Sequence record: OR770614.1
Length of the DNA stretch: 64,000 bases
Reading direction: 5' to 3' (one strand)
The notes beneath the pieces were generated by a model. That model saw only the letters and a program-made list of their open reading frames with translations, searched no databases and was not told the DNA's origin. Position numbers and translations under genes: made by a program. Numbering within the stretch: position 1 is the stretch's first letter; every line of letters starts with the position of its first letter. Below, piece after piece: positions 19,679 to 30,336 of this stretch.

Positions 19679-21055
19679 TTAATAAATATAATCTTCGATA
19701 TCAATTTCATTTTGTTTAATTGTCATATCATGGAAAGACTTCATGGAGCTTGTTACAATTGCTTGAGCTACCTGATTGACTAATAAACCAATATTTTCAA
19801 TACCTAATTTGTAAGGTAATTCTCCTGCACATTTACTACAAATATCTTCACTCGCACAATACATAGGACTTCTGAAGTTCAATACTTTCTCAATATACTC
19901 ATCTACATTTTCAGGAGTTAATAATATTAATTGACCTTTTCTTCCTGAAGTATTTTCAAAATATCTATAAAGTAAAAGACTTGCATTATCTTTAGTTAAA
20001 GTTAATTTTAATGTATGTTTTGTTCTACAATCAGAACCTTGTTTATCTAATACAGTTGTTTGGAAAGCGGACATAAGTTTTTTAGCTTGATCATTTTATT
20101 ATCTATATTTTACTATAGATTAGACTATATCTTATGAATTTAATCATTTCTATATTTAGTCGTTGGACAACTTTATTAAGTTGATGCTAGTTAGTTTTAA
20201 CATTCTAGCAATTAATAGAATTTATTGTGAGCATCTAATTTACCCACCTTCTTGAGTACCTAAAGCACGTCCAGCTGAACCAGCTGTCATAATATCACCA
20301 AACATATATAATTCTTCTGGATCAATTCCATCAGCTAAAGAACTCTTAGCAATACGTATTTTACTAGGATCAGCAAAATTTTTATTTGCTCCACGAATAA
20401 GAGCTGTTAATTTAAAGTTATTTTCAAAACTACCTCTTGATTTACTATCATAAATATCAAGATCTGCTAAACCTTCTAATTCTTCCTTACTTAACTTAAT
20501 TAATTCTTCTTCAATAGCACTAATAGCATTCAATTCTTCACCAGGAGTATTTAATGCTTTACCGTATTTCTCTAGTAATTCTTCTTTCTTTTGTTTAACT
20601 TTATCTGGAGCAACCATCATTGTAGTTGTTAAGCTAGAATTAATAAATCCTGCTATAGAGAAACCAAGCCATTGAAGTTTATCAATATACATATTCATAT
20701 CTTTAGTTGTAATAACGTCATTAAGTAATAAACTAGATAGTTCAGATTGTAGATTTCCTACACCTGATCCTCCCATATCTTTATTCATATATCCTATAAT
20801 AGGTCCTATTTTATTGTCTAATATAAATTTATTAAATATATATCTTCCAACTGTTGTTCTTTCATCTTTACTATTATAAACTAAATCTTTTTTAAGTTTA
20901 AATCTATCGCTAGGGTTAAACATTGGTTGTGTATTTTGTCTAAATGCAAATAATTCTTTAAGTTTATCAAGAGTAATATCTTCTTTTTTTATACTTAATA
21001 AAGTTGATATTTCTTTCTCAGATAAATCTTTTTTATCATAAGTCATATTAACCAA
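19679..21055 (-). CDS. rpoC: RNA polymerase beta' C-terminal subunit (probably virion RNAP), spliced; exons 21055-20242 and 20091-19679, 408 aa
   Basis: Splicing gives ALGTQEGGYQAKKLMSAF (bridge helix/switch); RSPMYC..ICSKC Zn site; SMKSFH trigger loop; late promoter 21089-21100. Confidence 0.88.
20092..20241 (-). mobile_element. Group I intron, 150 nt, no ORF
   Basis: P1 GTGGGT/GCTCAC with U-G splice pair; P AATTGCTAG, Q CTAGCATC, R TCCAACGACTA, S AAGATATAGTCT; terminal G. Confidence 0.9.
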
Positions 21056-21371
21056 TTTAATTTCACTTCTTTCATATATTATTTGTAATATTTGAATGTT
21101 ATCATCAATTTTATATTTTTGTAATTTATAAAATTATCTCATAAAAAATTTGAAAACCTCCGGAATATTATATTTATATAATAATATAATTATTATAATA
21201 TATTAAAATATAAAATATTTTAATATATAAAAAATATAATATTAGAGGGGGTATATTTAGATTTTGATATAATCAAAATCTAATAAATTATTTCTCCTTA
21301 AATTACATAAAAAAGATAAAGAAAACAAGTACATATATAAAATTTATTAAATGAAAGGAATTGAATAATAA

Positions 21372-24300
21372 GTGAAGTATCTTAATAGATTAAAGAATTT
21401 AAAATTCTATTCAATTTCAGGATATAAGATTAAAGCTATAGATGAAAATATTAAGGATCAAAAGAAAAACCAATTAATAATTTATAAAGGTTTTAAAGAA
21501 AATTCATTTATAGAATTCTTAAATAGTGGTATATTATATTATCAAAATTTCAAGAATATTTATACTCCTAGAATATATAGAACATCAAATAGAAAATCAA
21601 GATTAATTACTAATATTTCAGATTACCAACAAGAAATTAAAAGTAAATCAATCAAATCTTATAGAGTAGAAAGAAATGAGAAATTATTTAAAGGTAGAAA
21701 TTATATAGTTGATTCAAGTAAATTTATCAATCTTGAAAATAAATCTTTAATGACTAAGAATTTTAAAACTGTATTAGATTCAATTAAAAATACTTATAAT
21801 AATTTAAATAATCCAGAAGAATATGAAAATTTATTATATGTAATTAATGTAGATGGATACAATAAATCTTCTCAAGAAGCTATTAGACCAAATACAAAAG
21901 ATTTTATGTCAAGTTTATTTATGATGATTAAGAATCAGGAAGAATTACCTCACAAAGAAAATCAAAATGTAGTAGCTTTATTTGTTTCTATTGAGAACGG
22001 TATAATGTTCAAATTTGATTTTAAAGATTATAATAAATTGAATAATAGATTAAGACAAAGGTTAAGAAGAGCTATTGATTTAAATACTCAACAAATGGAT
22101 ACAGATGAAATTTCTAATGTTGAAGATGATGATAATACAGAAGCTATAGATTCAACTATTAAAAAGAAATCATTTAACAATGTTAAAGATATTGATCCAA
22201 TTGAATTACAAGATAATAATAAAGATGAAATTAATCAAAACATTGAAGATTCTAAGATGGAAAAAATATCTAAGAAAATAGATGATACATTAAGATATAT
22301 CAAATCTAATGATAATATTGATATGGATATTAATGATGAGTATAATATTGCAATGATAATTGAAAAAGAATTAAATGATAATAATGATCTTATTGATATT
22401 GATGAAGATACATTATATAATGATGTACTTGATAAGAATGATTCATTTAAATCAATTAAAAGAGATATTAAAAATAAATCATATATTGGAGACACTGCAT
22501 TAAAGAATTCTAAAAAGATATTATCATTATCTAAAAATCAAGATGAATATCTTGAAAAATTAGAAGATTTTAGTTTCTCTGAAGATAGTGTTATTGATAG
22601 AGAGATTAATGAAAATGTTAATAGTATTAATGATGAAGCAATCAACAATGTATCTTCGAATGATTTTGACTTATCTTATATGAAAAAGACATTTAATAAA
22701 GACTTTGTAAATATCATGAAGAGTTTTAATGATAAAGAAGAAATACCTGTATTCATTAGCAAAATGAATGTAGAAGATAATTCAGATTCTCAATCATTAA
22801 AAAATACTGTAAAAGTCCAATTTAAGAGTCCTGATGGGATTAATCATAATGTAAAATTTGATGTACCTAAAATTATTGATGGTAAATATTTAAAATTAAA
22901 TGGTGGTAAAAAGGTACTAACTAAACAATTAATGATGTATCCTATTGTTAAATATAGACCAGATACAGTTTGGATTACAACTAACTATAATAAATTCATC
23001 ATTGAAAAATTTGGTAGCAAAGAAAATTCTGAAACTGAATGGCTTAAAAAAGTTATTGAAGATAAACAAGTACTAGAATACATTAAAGATAAAAATGATA
23101 TTAGTATTCAAAAAGGTAATTCATCTTTAATTAATAAAGAATATTTAACTTCTGTGTTGTATAATAATTTATCTAAAAATATATTAAGATTCTCTAAAGA
23201 TGATTTAATAATTGATTTTAATCAAAGAAATCTTAAAAAAGTTATTTCAGAAAGTAAAACTTTAAGTGAGATTGATTACGATAAAGATAAATACTATCCT
23301 ATCGGTTATAATTCAAACAAATCTAAATTAATATTGTCAAATACTACAGAATCTATTATTTTTAAAGCTACTAAAAGTAATATAGAATCCATGAATATTA
23401 ATATCACAGATTATATTATTGAACAACTTGAAGATAATATTGATTTTAGTCTAATAGATAAAAAATTCAGTAAAAATATTCAAGCTAGTAAAACAATGGC
23501 ATTCTCTCGTGTTAAAATTACTAATAAATTAATCCCTACAATAGTGTTATTAGGTTTCTATAAAGGTTTAACTAGTATTCTTGATCTCTATGAAGTTGAT
23601 TATAAGTTTGTTAAGGAAAATGAAAGAATAACTATTAAAGATAAAAAGAATAAAATTAAATTCCAAGATGGTTATCTTATTTATTCAACAGATAAATTAA
23701 GATATGATTTATTATTATCAGGATTAAATACTATTCCTACTTCACAATATGACTTTGAAGAATTTAATAGTGAAACACCTTACTTAGAATACTTTAATGA
23801 TAAGTTCTATAGTCGTAATGTTGGTAAAGGTATTAAAAATGCATTAGATTTAGCAATGGATCCTATTACAGAAGATGTATTAAGAGATTTAAAATTACCT
23901 GAAACTATGGTAGAATTATTACTCTTAGCTAATACCATGCTAGAAGATGTAACTGCTAGAGAACACAATGACATGGGAATATATCGTGTACGTGGTCCAG
24001 AACAAGTTAATGCTTTAATATATAAAATGATTGCAAATGCATATAAAGAATATTCAGACTCTTACAATAATAAGAATCCTAAGAATATTTCTGTTAAGCA
24101 AGACCAATTAATCAAAACTATAATGGAACAACCTACTGTAGATGAAGTATCTGATCTTAATCCATCTTTAGAGATTGATAAGATGACTTCTGTTACATTT
24201 AAAGGTCCAGCAGGACGTAATAATGAACAATCATATGAACCTGACATTCGTTCATACAGTGAAAGTATGCAAGGTGTATTAGGAATATCTAGTCCTGATT

Positions 24301-25982
24301 CTAATAAAATTGGGGTAGTTAGACAGCTTTCATATAATTCACTAATTAAATCTACTAGAGGTTATACAGATGGTGGTAAAAAAGATGCTAATGACACATC
24401 TCTATATACTCCATTAGAACTACTTAACCCATATTCTAGTAGACATGCCGATGATCAAACATGGATAGTCGGCTTAAAAACTATTTAATTGCTGAAATTA
24501 CTTTAAAGTTAATCAGCATCAATCAAATTGTTCAACGACTAAATAATAGTTACTAATTATATAATTAGTAATGATATAGTCTCAACTATGTATAAAGTAT
24601 ATAGAAATAAGATAATGTCTCCACGTATTGGAATGACTGGTACTCAAGCCAAGCACGTAATTCCAACAAAAACTAATAGTAAACCATTAGTTGGATCTGG
24701 TGTTGATAAATCTTTAGCTTATCAATTATCAGATACATTTGCTTTTAAAGCTAAGCAAGATGGTAAAGTATTAAAAATTAATGAGAAAACTGGTTTAATG
24801 ACAGTGGAATATATCAATGGTGAAAAAGATATTGTTGATATATCTGAAAAATTAGCCAAAAACTCTAACTCAGGTTTTTATCAATCTAATAAACTTGATC
24901 CACAATTTAACGTAGACGACACTTTTAATAAAGGTCAAATACTTGCTAAAAATAATAATTTCTTTGCTGGATCTGGTAAAAATAATGATATTCAATTCAC
25001 TTCAGGTAAATTATCTAAAGTATCTGTAGCTAGCTCATATGGTATTATAAATGCCTTTCATTATAGTAATGTAATGTCAAAAAATTATTAATTGCTGAGA
25101 AATATTAAATTAATCAGCATCTCTATATTTATAGAGTTCAACGACTAAATATAATTATTCATTAATGCTAATGAATTTGATATAGTCTAATCTATTATAA
25201 AAATATAATAGCTAATATAAATGACTTATGAAGATAGTTCTATTATTTCTAGTAGTATGTCTGAAGCAATGTCTACTAAAGTTACTATGAAGAAAACAGT
25301 AAATATTCCATCAAACACAAATATTCAATATATAGTTAAAGAAGGTCAGAAAGTACGTACAGGAGATCCTTTAATGATATTTGAAACTTCATTCGATGAA
25401 GAAGGTATTGGTTCTTTATTAGATAAAATTGGTAGTGAATTTGAACAAGATATTCAAGATATAGCTAACCGAGCTGTTAGAAGTAAATATACAGGTAATA
25501 TTAAAAAGATTAATATTTATTATAATGATGATATTGAAAATATGACTGATAGTTTAGCTAAATTAGTTAATAATTACATTAAAAAATCAAATGATAAATA
25601 TAAAGAATATAAATCTGGAATTAAAAATAATAAAGAAACTTTACCTGGTATTGATGTAGATATCGCTGCAGTTGATAAAATTAATACAGAGAAAATTAAA
25701 GGGGAAAAAGTTGACGGAGTTCTTATTGAAATCTTCACTGAGTATGAAGATGATATGAGTGTTGGAGATAAAATTAGTTTCTATGGAGCTTGTAAAACTG
25801 TAGTTGCTGATGTAACTCCTCCAAATGAATCTCCTTATGCAGAATATAGACCTGATGAGGAAATCGAAGCTGTATTCTCTCCATTAAGTATTGTCTCTCG
25901 TATGACAGTTGATATTTACATGATGCTATTTACAAATAAAGCTTTAATAGAATTAAAACGTAAAGTAAAAGATATGATTTAA
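21372..25982 (+). CDS. rpoB: RNA polymerase beta subunit (probably virion RNAP, phiKZ gp178-like size), spliced; exons 21372-24452, 24618-25043, 25224-25982, 1421 aa
   Basis: KYLKLNGGK, SPDSNKIGVVRQL, spliced HADSPRIGM and SSYGTYED, GDKISFYGACKTVV, PLSIVSRM; late promoter 21324-21335. Confidence 0.88.
24453..24617 (+). mobile_element. Group I intron, 165 nt, no ORF
   Basis: P1 GCCGAT/GTCGGC; P AATTGCTGA, Q AATCAGCATC, R GTTCAACGACTA, S GATATAGTCT; terminal G at 24617. Confidence 0.9.
25044..25223 (+). mobile_element. Group I intron, 180 nt, no ORF
   Basis: P1 GGTAT/ATGCC; same P/Q/R/S core; ends AATATAAATG; splicing yields YG|TYED. Confidence 0.9.
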
Positions 25983-25987
25983 TTCAC

Positions 25988-26020
25988 ATATCCCAATGAT
26001 TATATTGATCATTGGGATAT
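25988..26020. terminator. Palindrome family variant
   Basis: ATATCCCAATGAT-TATATTG-ATCATTGGGATAT after the beta gene. Confidence 0.75.
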
Positions 26021-26071
26021 TATTATTTAACACAATATTATTATAAATATTAAAGAAATGAGGAAAATATA

Positions 26072-27100
26072 ATGGATTTTAAATCTCTAGAAGAATCTTT
26101 AGATAAAGAATTTGGTTTAGTTAATGAAGATCCTGAACAAAACCTTTTTAATGATTTAAAAGGTGTTATTATAAATCAATATCAAAAAGGAATTGATAGA
26201 TTAACTAAACAAGGATATGCTAATTTTCAACCTAGTAAATTTGTTTATGCGGGAACTAATATAAACTTAGAAGTAAAATGTAAACATTTAGTTAGCGGAG
26301 ATAATACGGAAAGAGACTTTGCTGTAGTTAGAGTTAATAGAACTATTGCATCTGGTGGACAGTATGAAAGTTTAATGAATAGAAATAAATCATCCGTATT
26401 TCCTGAACTTAAAAAGATGAAACCTTCAGATGAAGCTAAAAAAGCTGCTGAAAGTAGAATTAAGAAAGATAAAATGAAAACGGAACTTCAAAAAGATATT
26501 GAAGATATTAGAAATACTAAAGACAAACAAGAGAAAAAAAGAAAGATTAAAGAATATAAAGAGAAATTGAAAAATAGTAAGAAAAAATTAAATGAAGAAT
26601 TGAATCGTGATATCGATACTGATAAAGAAGAACCTATTTGTGAAGAGTGTGGTTCTAAAATGTCTCCAAATGAATCAGGTCAATTAGTATGTGAAGATTG
26701 TGGTAACACTGCAGATGTTGCTGTTCAAGAAGGAATTGTTGAACCTGATACTCTTGAAGCGGATTTTGCTAAAGCTTGTATGAATTTTAAAATAAAAGCT
26801 AAAAGTAAAGGTATTAGGATTGATTCGGGTAATGCTGTGGTAGTAGCTAAACGTACTGGTGGCAAAAACGCTGCTTTAGAAGTACCTATTATATATAAAG
26901 GTAAAGATAAAATTAGAAGAATACCTATTGGAATAGTTGCAGATCGTTTCAAAGAAGCTCAGAAATGGGCTCAAAGTAATGGTAATAAATTTGTATCTAT
27001 CTTTAAAAAAGCTCCTGATAAAAAACCTGAGATTGATGAAGATGATAAAGTGGTAGAAGAATTAGAAAATAAATTGAATGAAGAATTCTTTTTAAACTAA
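26072..27100 (+). CDS. Putative virion head protein with Zn ribbon
   Basis: 342 aa; N-terminal LEESLDKEF; CEECG...CEDCG; late promoter 26029-26040. Confidence 0.55.
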   Translation: MDFKSLEESLDKEFGLVNEDPEQNLFNDLKGVIINQYQKGIDRLTKQGYANFQPSKFVYAGTNINLEVKCKHLVSGDNTERDFAVVRVNRTIASGGQYESLMNRNKSSVFPELKKMKPSDEAKKAAESRIKKDKMKTELQKDIEDIRNTKDKQEKKRKIKEYKEKLKNSKKKLNEELNRDIDTDKEEPICEECGSKMSPNESGQLVCEDCGNTADVAVQEGIVEPDTLEADFAKACMNFKIKAKSKGIRIDSGNAVVVAKRTGGKNAALEVPIIYKGKDKIRRIPIGIVADRFKEAQKWAQSNGNKFVSIFKKAPDKKPEIDEDDKVVEELENKLNEEFFLN

Positions 27101-27137
27101 TAATTATTAAAAATAAAAAAAAGGTAGGAAAAAACTT

Positions 27138-27728
27138 ATGGAAGATATTTATATTCAAGAAGGTAAAAAATTAGATAAAGCTAAAAAAGCAGCTAGAAAA
27201 TTATTTTTAGGATTAACTCCTGAAGAAATTAAAGAAAAATTTGCTATACGTGTAGCTAAAAAGAAATATAGTCTTGAAGTTAAAAAAGGTTATAAGATAA
27301 ATTATTCTGACGCTAAATTATTTACACATGCAACTACACGTAAAGATTCACATGCTATAGATTACGAATTAAGTTTAGTGTTTTCTTTTACTAAACCTAA
27401 TGGTAAGAAAAGTTTCTTTGATAGAAGCGTTTTTATTTATAATCGTTTCGGATCAATGCAAGAAGCTGTATCATTCCAAAATAAACATGGAAAAGATTTA
27501 TTAAAAATATTTAAAACGACTAAAGCAGATAAAAAACCTAAGAAATCTAAATCAGTTAATGAAAGTATGGAAGAATTAGGTATTAATGAAGATTTTGAAG
27601 ACAAATTATTTGAATATTTAGAAGGCGTTACAGAGCAAATCTTATCTGAAGAAAATAAAGAAGAAAATGATAATAAAAAAGAATTAGATTCTCTAGAAGA
27701 ATCTTTAGATAAAGAATTCAGTTTATAA
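27138..27728 (+). CDS. Putative virion head protein
   Basis: 196 aa; basic core with acidic tail ending LEESLDKEFSL. Confidence 0.55.
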   Translation: MEDIYIQEGKKLDKAKKAARKLFLGLTPEEIKEKFAIRVAKKKYSLEVKKGYKINYSDAKLFTHATTRKDSHAIDYELSLVFSFTKPNGKKSFFDRSVFIYNRFGSMQEAVSFQNKHGKDLLKIFKTTKADKKPKKSKSVNESMEELGINEDFEDKLFEYLEGVTEQILSEENKEENDNKKELDSLEESLDKEFSL

Positions 27729-27732
27729 TAAT

Positions 27733-27766
27733 TATCCCAATACCTAAATTAATAGGTATTGGGATA
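27733..27766. terminator. Palindrome family member
   Basis: TATCCCAATACCT-AAATTAAT-AGGTATTGGGATA between convergent genes. Confidence 0.8.
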
Positions 27767-27771
27767 TTTTA

Positions 27772-28941
27772 TTATTTAAGTAAATCTAATTTATATTGTA
27801 ACGTTTCAATTTCTATGCCTAGTTTAACTGCTTTAAGAATATTTTTTCTTTCAGTTATAATTGTAGGAATAACATAAGATATTTCAGTGTTTAAGAAATT
27901 AATATAATTTAATTTCTTGCTATTTGATGCAATAAATTTATTAAGACTATCTATGTCTTCTCTAGTTATATCTGATTCTGGATCATTAGCTGCTTTAAAA
28001 TACTCATCTGATCTTTCTAAATCTTCATTAAGTTCTTTTTCAACTTCTTTATAAATTTTATCCATATCCTTAGAGAATAATTTTAAGTTATTTGTAAATT
28101 TATCAATTTTTTCTATATCTTTATATCTAATATTTGCAGCATTATTTTCATTAATCACTTCATTAGCTGGAAAGATTTTTAAAGAGCTCTTATAATTTCT
28201 ATAATTAGATATTAATTCATCGATTTGTCTTACACTTCTTTTAACTTTAATTACTGAGCTGTTTATATTAACTTCATCTTTTATTCCCATAAATAAATCT
28301 TTAATGTCATTCAATACAGAAAGTTCTTTTAATAATCCTACGCTACCTCTTCCGATTATTCCTTCATAACCATCTTTTATTTTAATTTCACTTAAAGCTT
28401 TTTTCTTAGAGATTATTATATCATTAAATTCTTTTTTCTTCTCTTCTTTATTTTTTCTTAATTCTCTTTCATAGGTATCATTTAAATTATTTAAATATTT
28501 TCTAGATTTTTCTAGATCATTTATTGTTGAATCTTTCTTTTTACTTTCTCTTTCTTTATCTGCTAATTCTTTTTCTTTTTTCTCTATAGTCTTTTTCATA
28601 CGATCTAATTCAGAAGAATAAATATTATAATTATCTGAATTTACTTTTTTCATTTTTTCATTTTCTTTTTTAAGTTTATCTATCTCAGCAATAAATGCTT
28701 CTTCTTTCTTAGAATAACCTGTAATTTTATTAAATAGATTAACTATAAATTTCTTGAATTTCTTATAAATATTTACTAAGAAATTTTTAATTTTTAAAAG
28801 CATTTTCTTAATCTTTTCTAATACACTCTTTTTATTTTTATTTGAAGATTCTTCTTCATTAATTACTTCATAAAAAGAAATTGATTCTTTAACAAAATCT
28901 ATTTCATATTCTTTCATCTCCAACATAGTATCTTCCCTCAT
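27772..28941 (-). CDS. Putative virion head/internal protein, paralog family A (with coiled coil)
   Basis: 389 aa; VKESI..INEEE leader, KIKNFLVNIYKKFKKFIVNLF helix. Confidence 0.5.
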   Translation of the reverse strand: MREDTMLEMKEYEIDFVKESISFYEVINEEESSNKNKKSVLEKIKKMLLKIKNFLVNIYKKFKKFIVNLFNKITGYSKKEEAFIAEIDKLKKENEKMKKVNSDNYNIYSSELDRMKKTIEKKEKELADKERESKKKDSTINDLEKSRKYLNNLNDTYERELRKNKEEKKKEFNDIIISKKKALSEIKIKDGYEGIIGRGSVGLLKELSVLNDIKDLFMGIKDEVNINSSVIKVKRSVRQIDELISNYRNYKSSLKIFPANEVINENNAANIRYKDIEKIDKFTNNLKLFSKDMDKIYKEVEKELNEDLERSDEYFKAANDPESDITREDIDSLNKFIASNSKKLNYINFLNTEISYVIPTIITERKNILKAVKLGIEIETLQYKLDLLK

Positions 28942-29029
28942 TTTATTATTATTTTTTATATAAATTTAATGTTAACATTAACATATCGTATAAATAATAA
29001 TAATAATAATAAGAAAGTGAGGAAAATTA

Positions 29030-30298
29030 ATGGGTTATTTTATTAGTAATGATGATCTTCAACCGAAAGATATTGTAAATAGTTATGTATCTTCATATCT
29101 TTCAGGTACTGAAAAGTATAGTAAATTCCAAGCTGGAGCTCCTAGTTTTGTTACTTATTACAGTAAAGATCATGAGAACTCAACCTCAGATAGATCATTA
29201 GATAATGTTGAAGAAATTGTTGGAGATAATTCTCCACTTAAATATAATAAATTAAAAGATTTTCCTATATATTCTGTTACTGAAATGAATCCTACTATAG
29301 AATGGGATGAAGAGTGGGGAACTGAAAAAGATTTAGAAAGTGAAGCTGTAATATTACCTGGAACTATTGAACCTCTTCCAGATGATTTTATTGTATTTCA
29401 GTATCAAACTAAAGATAATTTAAATAGTAGAATATATAGAGTAAATAATGTAGAAATGAGTTCATTAGAAAATTCATCATATTATAAAATAAGTTACCAG
29501 AATTTTAATGTAAATACAGAAGATATTGAAAGACAAGTTTCTAATACTTATAGAACTGTATTTTCTAATATTGGTACAGATAATAAATCATTGATATTAG
29601 AAGAAGATTTCTATCAAGTTAATAATAGTATTAAATACTCCGATGAAATATCTGCGTTAATTATTGATAATTTCTATAATTCTTCATTAAATACATTCAT
29701 TTATTATGAAGATGAAATTAGTGCAATAGCAAATATAAAATATATAGATTTAAATTTATCTAGATTTATATACGATAATAATTTATTAGTAAAGTCTAGT
29801 ACCTATTTATCAAACATAATGCCTTATAAAGATAAAAATCCTAAAAATGAAAGAATAAACCAGAAAAATTATAAATATTCTTTATATGAAAGATTGAAAG
29901 ATAGAAAAGAATTACCTAATATAATAACTTTAGATGAAACTAAAGATAATTTTTTAAAAATGTTTAGAGAGAAATATTTAGAGATTAACTTTATGAATAA
30001 AGCTCTTCATGATACAAAAATATTAAATGATATGAATGATTTCACTGAATTATCTAATATAAGTAAGATTAATAGAATTAATGAAGATTATCAAGGTTTA
30101 AATAGTTTAACTGATCTTGATGAACGTTATAAATTAATTATACTATACTTACAAAAAGATAATATTGATGAAAAAATTCTTGATAAAATATTTAAGTACT
30201 ATGACAATAAATTTGAATTAGATATGGAAGATTATATATTATTACCATGCATATTATTTATTATAAAGAATAATATTGAATCTAAATTTAAAAAATAA
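29030..30298 (+). CDS. Virion structural protein, possibly neck/head-completion
   Basis: 422 aa; PLPDDFIVF..IYRVNNVE resembles head-closure proteins; late promoter 28974-28985. Confidence 0.4.
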   Translation: MGYFISNDDLQPKDIVNSYVSSYLSGTEKYSKFQAGAPSFVTYYSKDHENSTSDRSLDNVEEIVGDNSPLKYNKLKDFPIYSVTEMNPTIEWDEEWGTEKDLESEAVILPGTIEPLPDDFIVFQYQTKDNLNSRIYRVNNVEMSSLENSSYYKISYQNFNVNTEDIERQVSNTYRTVFSNIGTDNKSLILEEDFYQVNNSIKYSDEISALIIDNFYNSSLNTFIYYEDEISAIANIKYIDLNLSRFIYDNNLLVKSSTYLSNIMPYKDKNPKNERINQKNYKYSLYERLKDRKELPNIITLDETKDNFLKMFREKYLEINFMNKALHDTKILNDMNDFTELSNISKINRINEDYQGLNSLTDLDERYKLIILYLQKDNIDEKILDKIFKYYDNKFELDMEDYILLPCILFIIKNNIESKFKK

Positions 30299-30336
30299 TA
30301 AACTGTGAAATATAGAAAATAAAGGAGAATTTTAAT

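Noticed and set aside
24588-25091. Stand-alone 167-aa protein starting MYKVYRNK
   Set aside because: Its first ten codons are intron sequence; it is exon 2 of the beta subunit
19679-25982. Stop-codon reassignment, readthrough or inteins explaining the broken RNAP ORFs
   Set aside because: TAA is a normal stop throughout the window; the gaps carry group I P/Q/R/S elements, and exact excision restores conserved motifs; no intein C1/HN motifs
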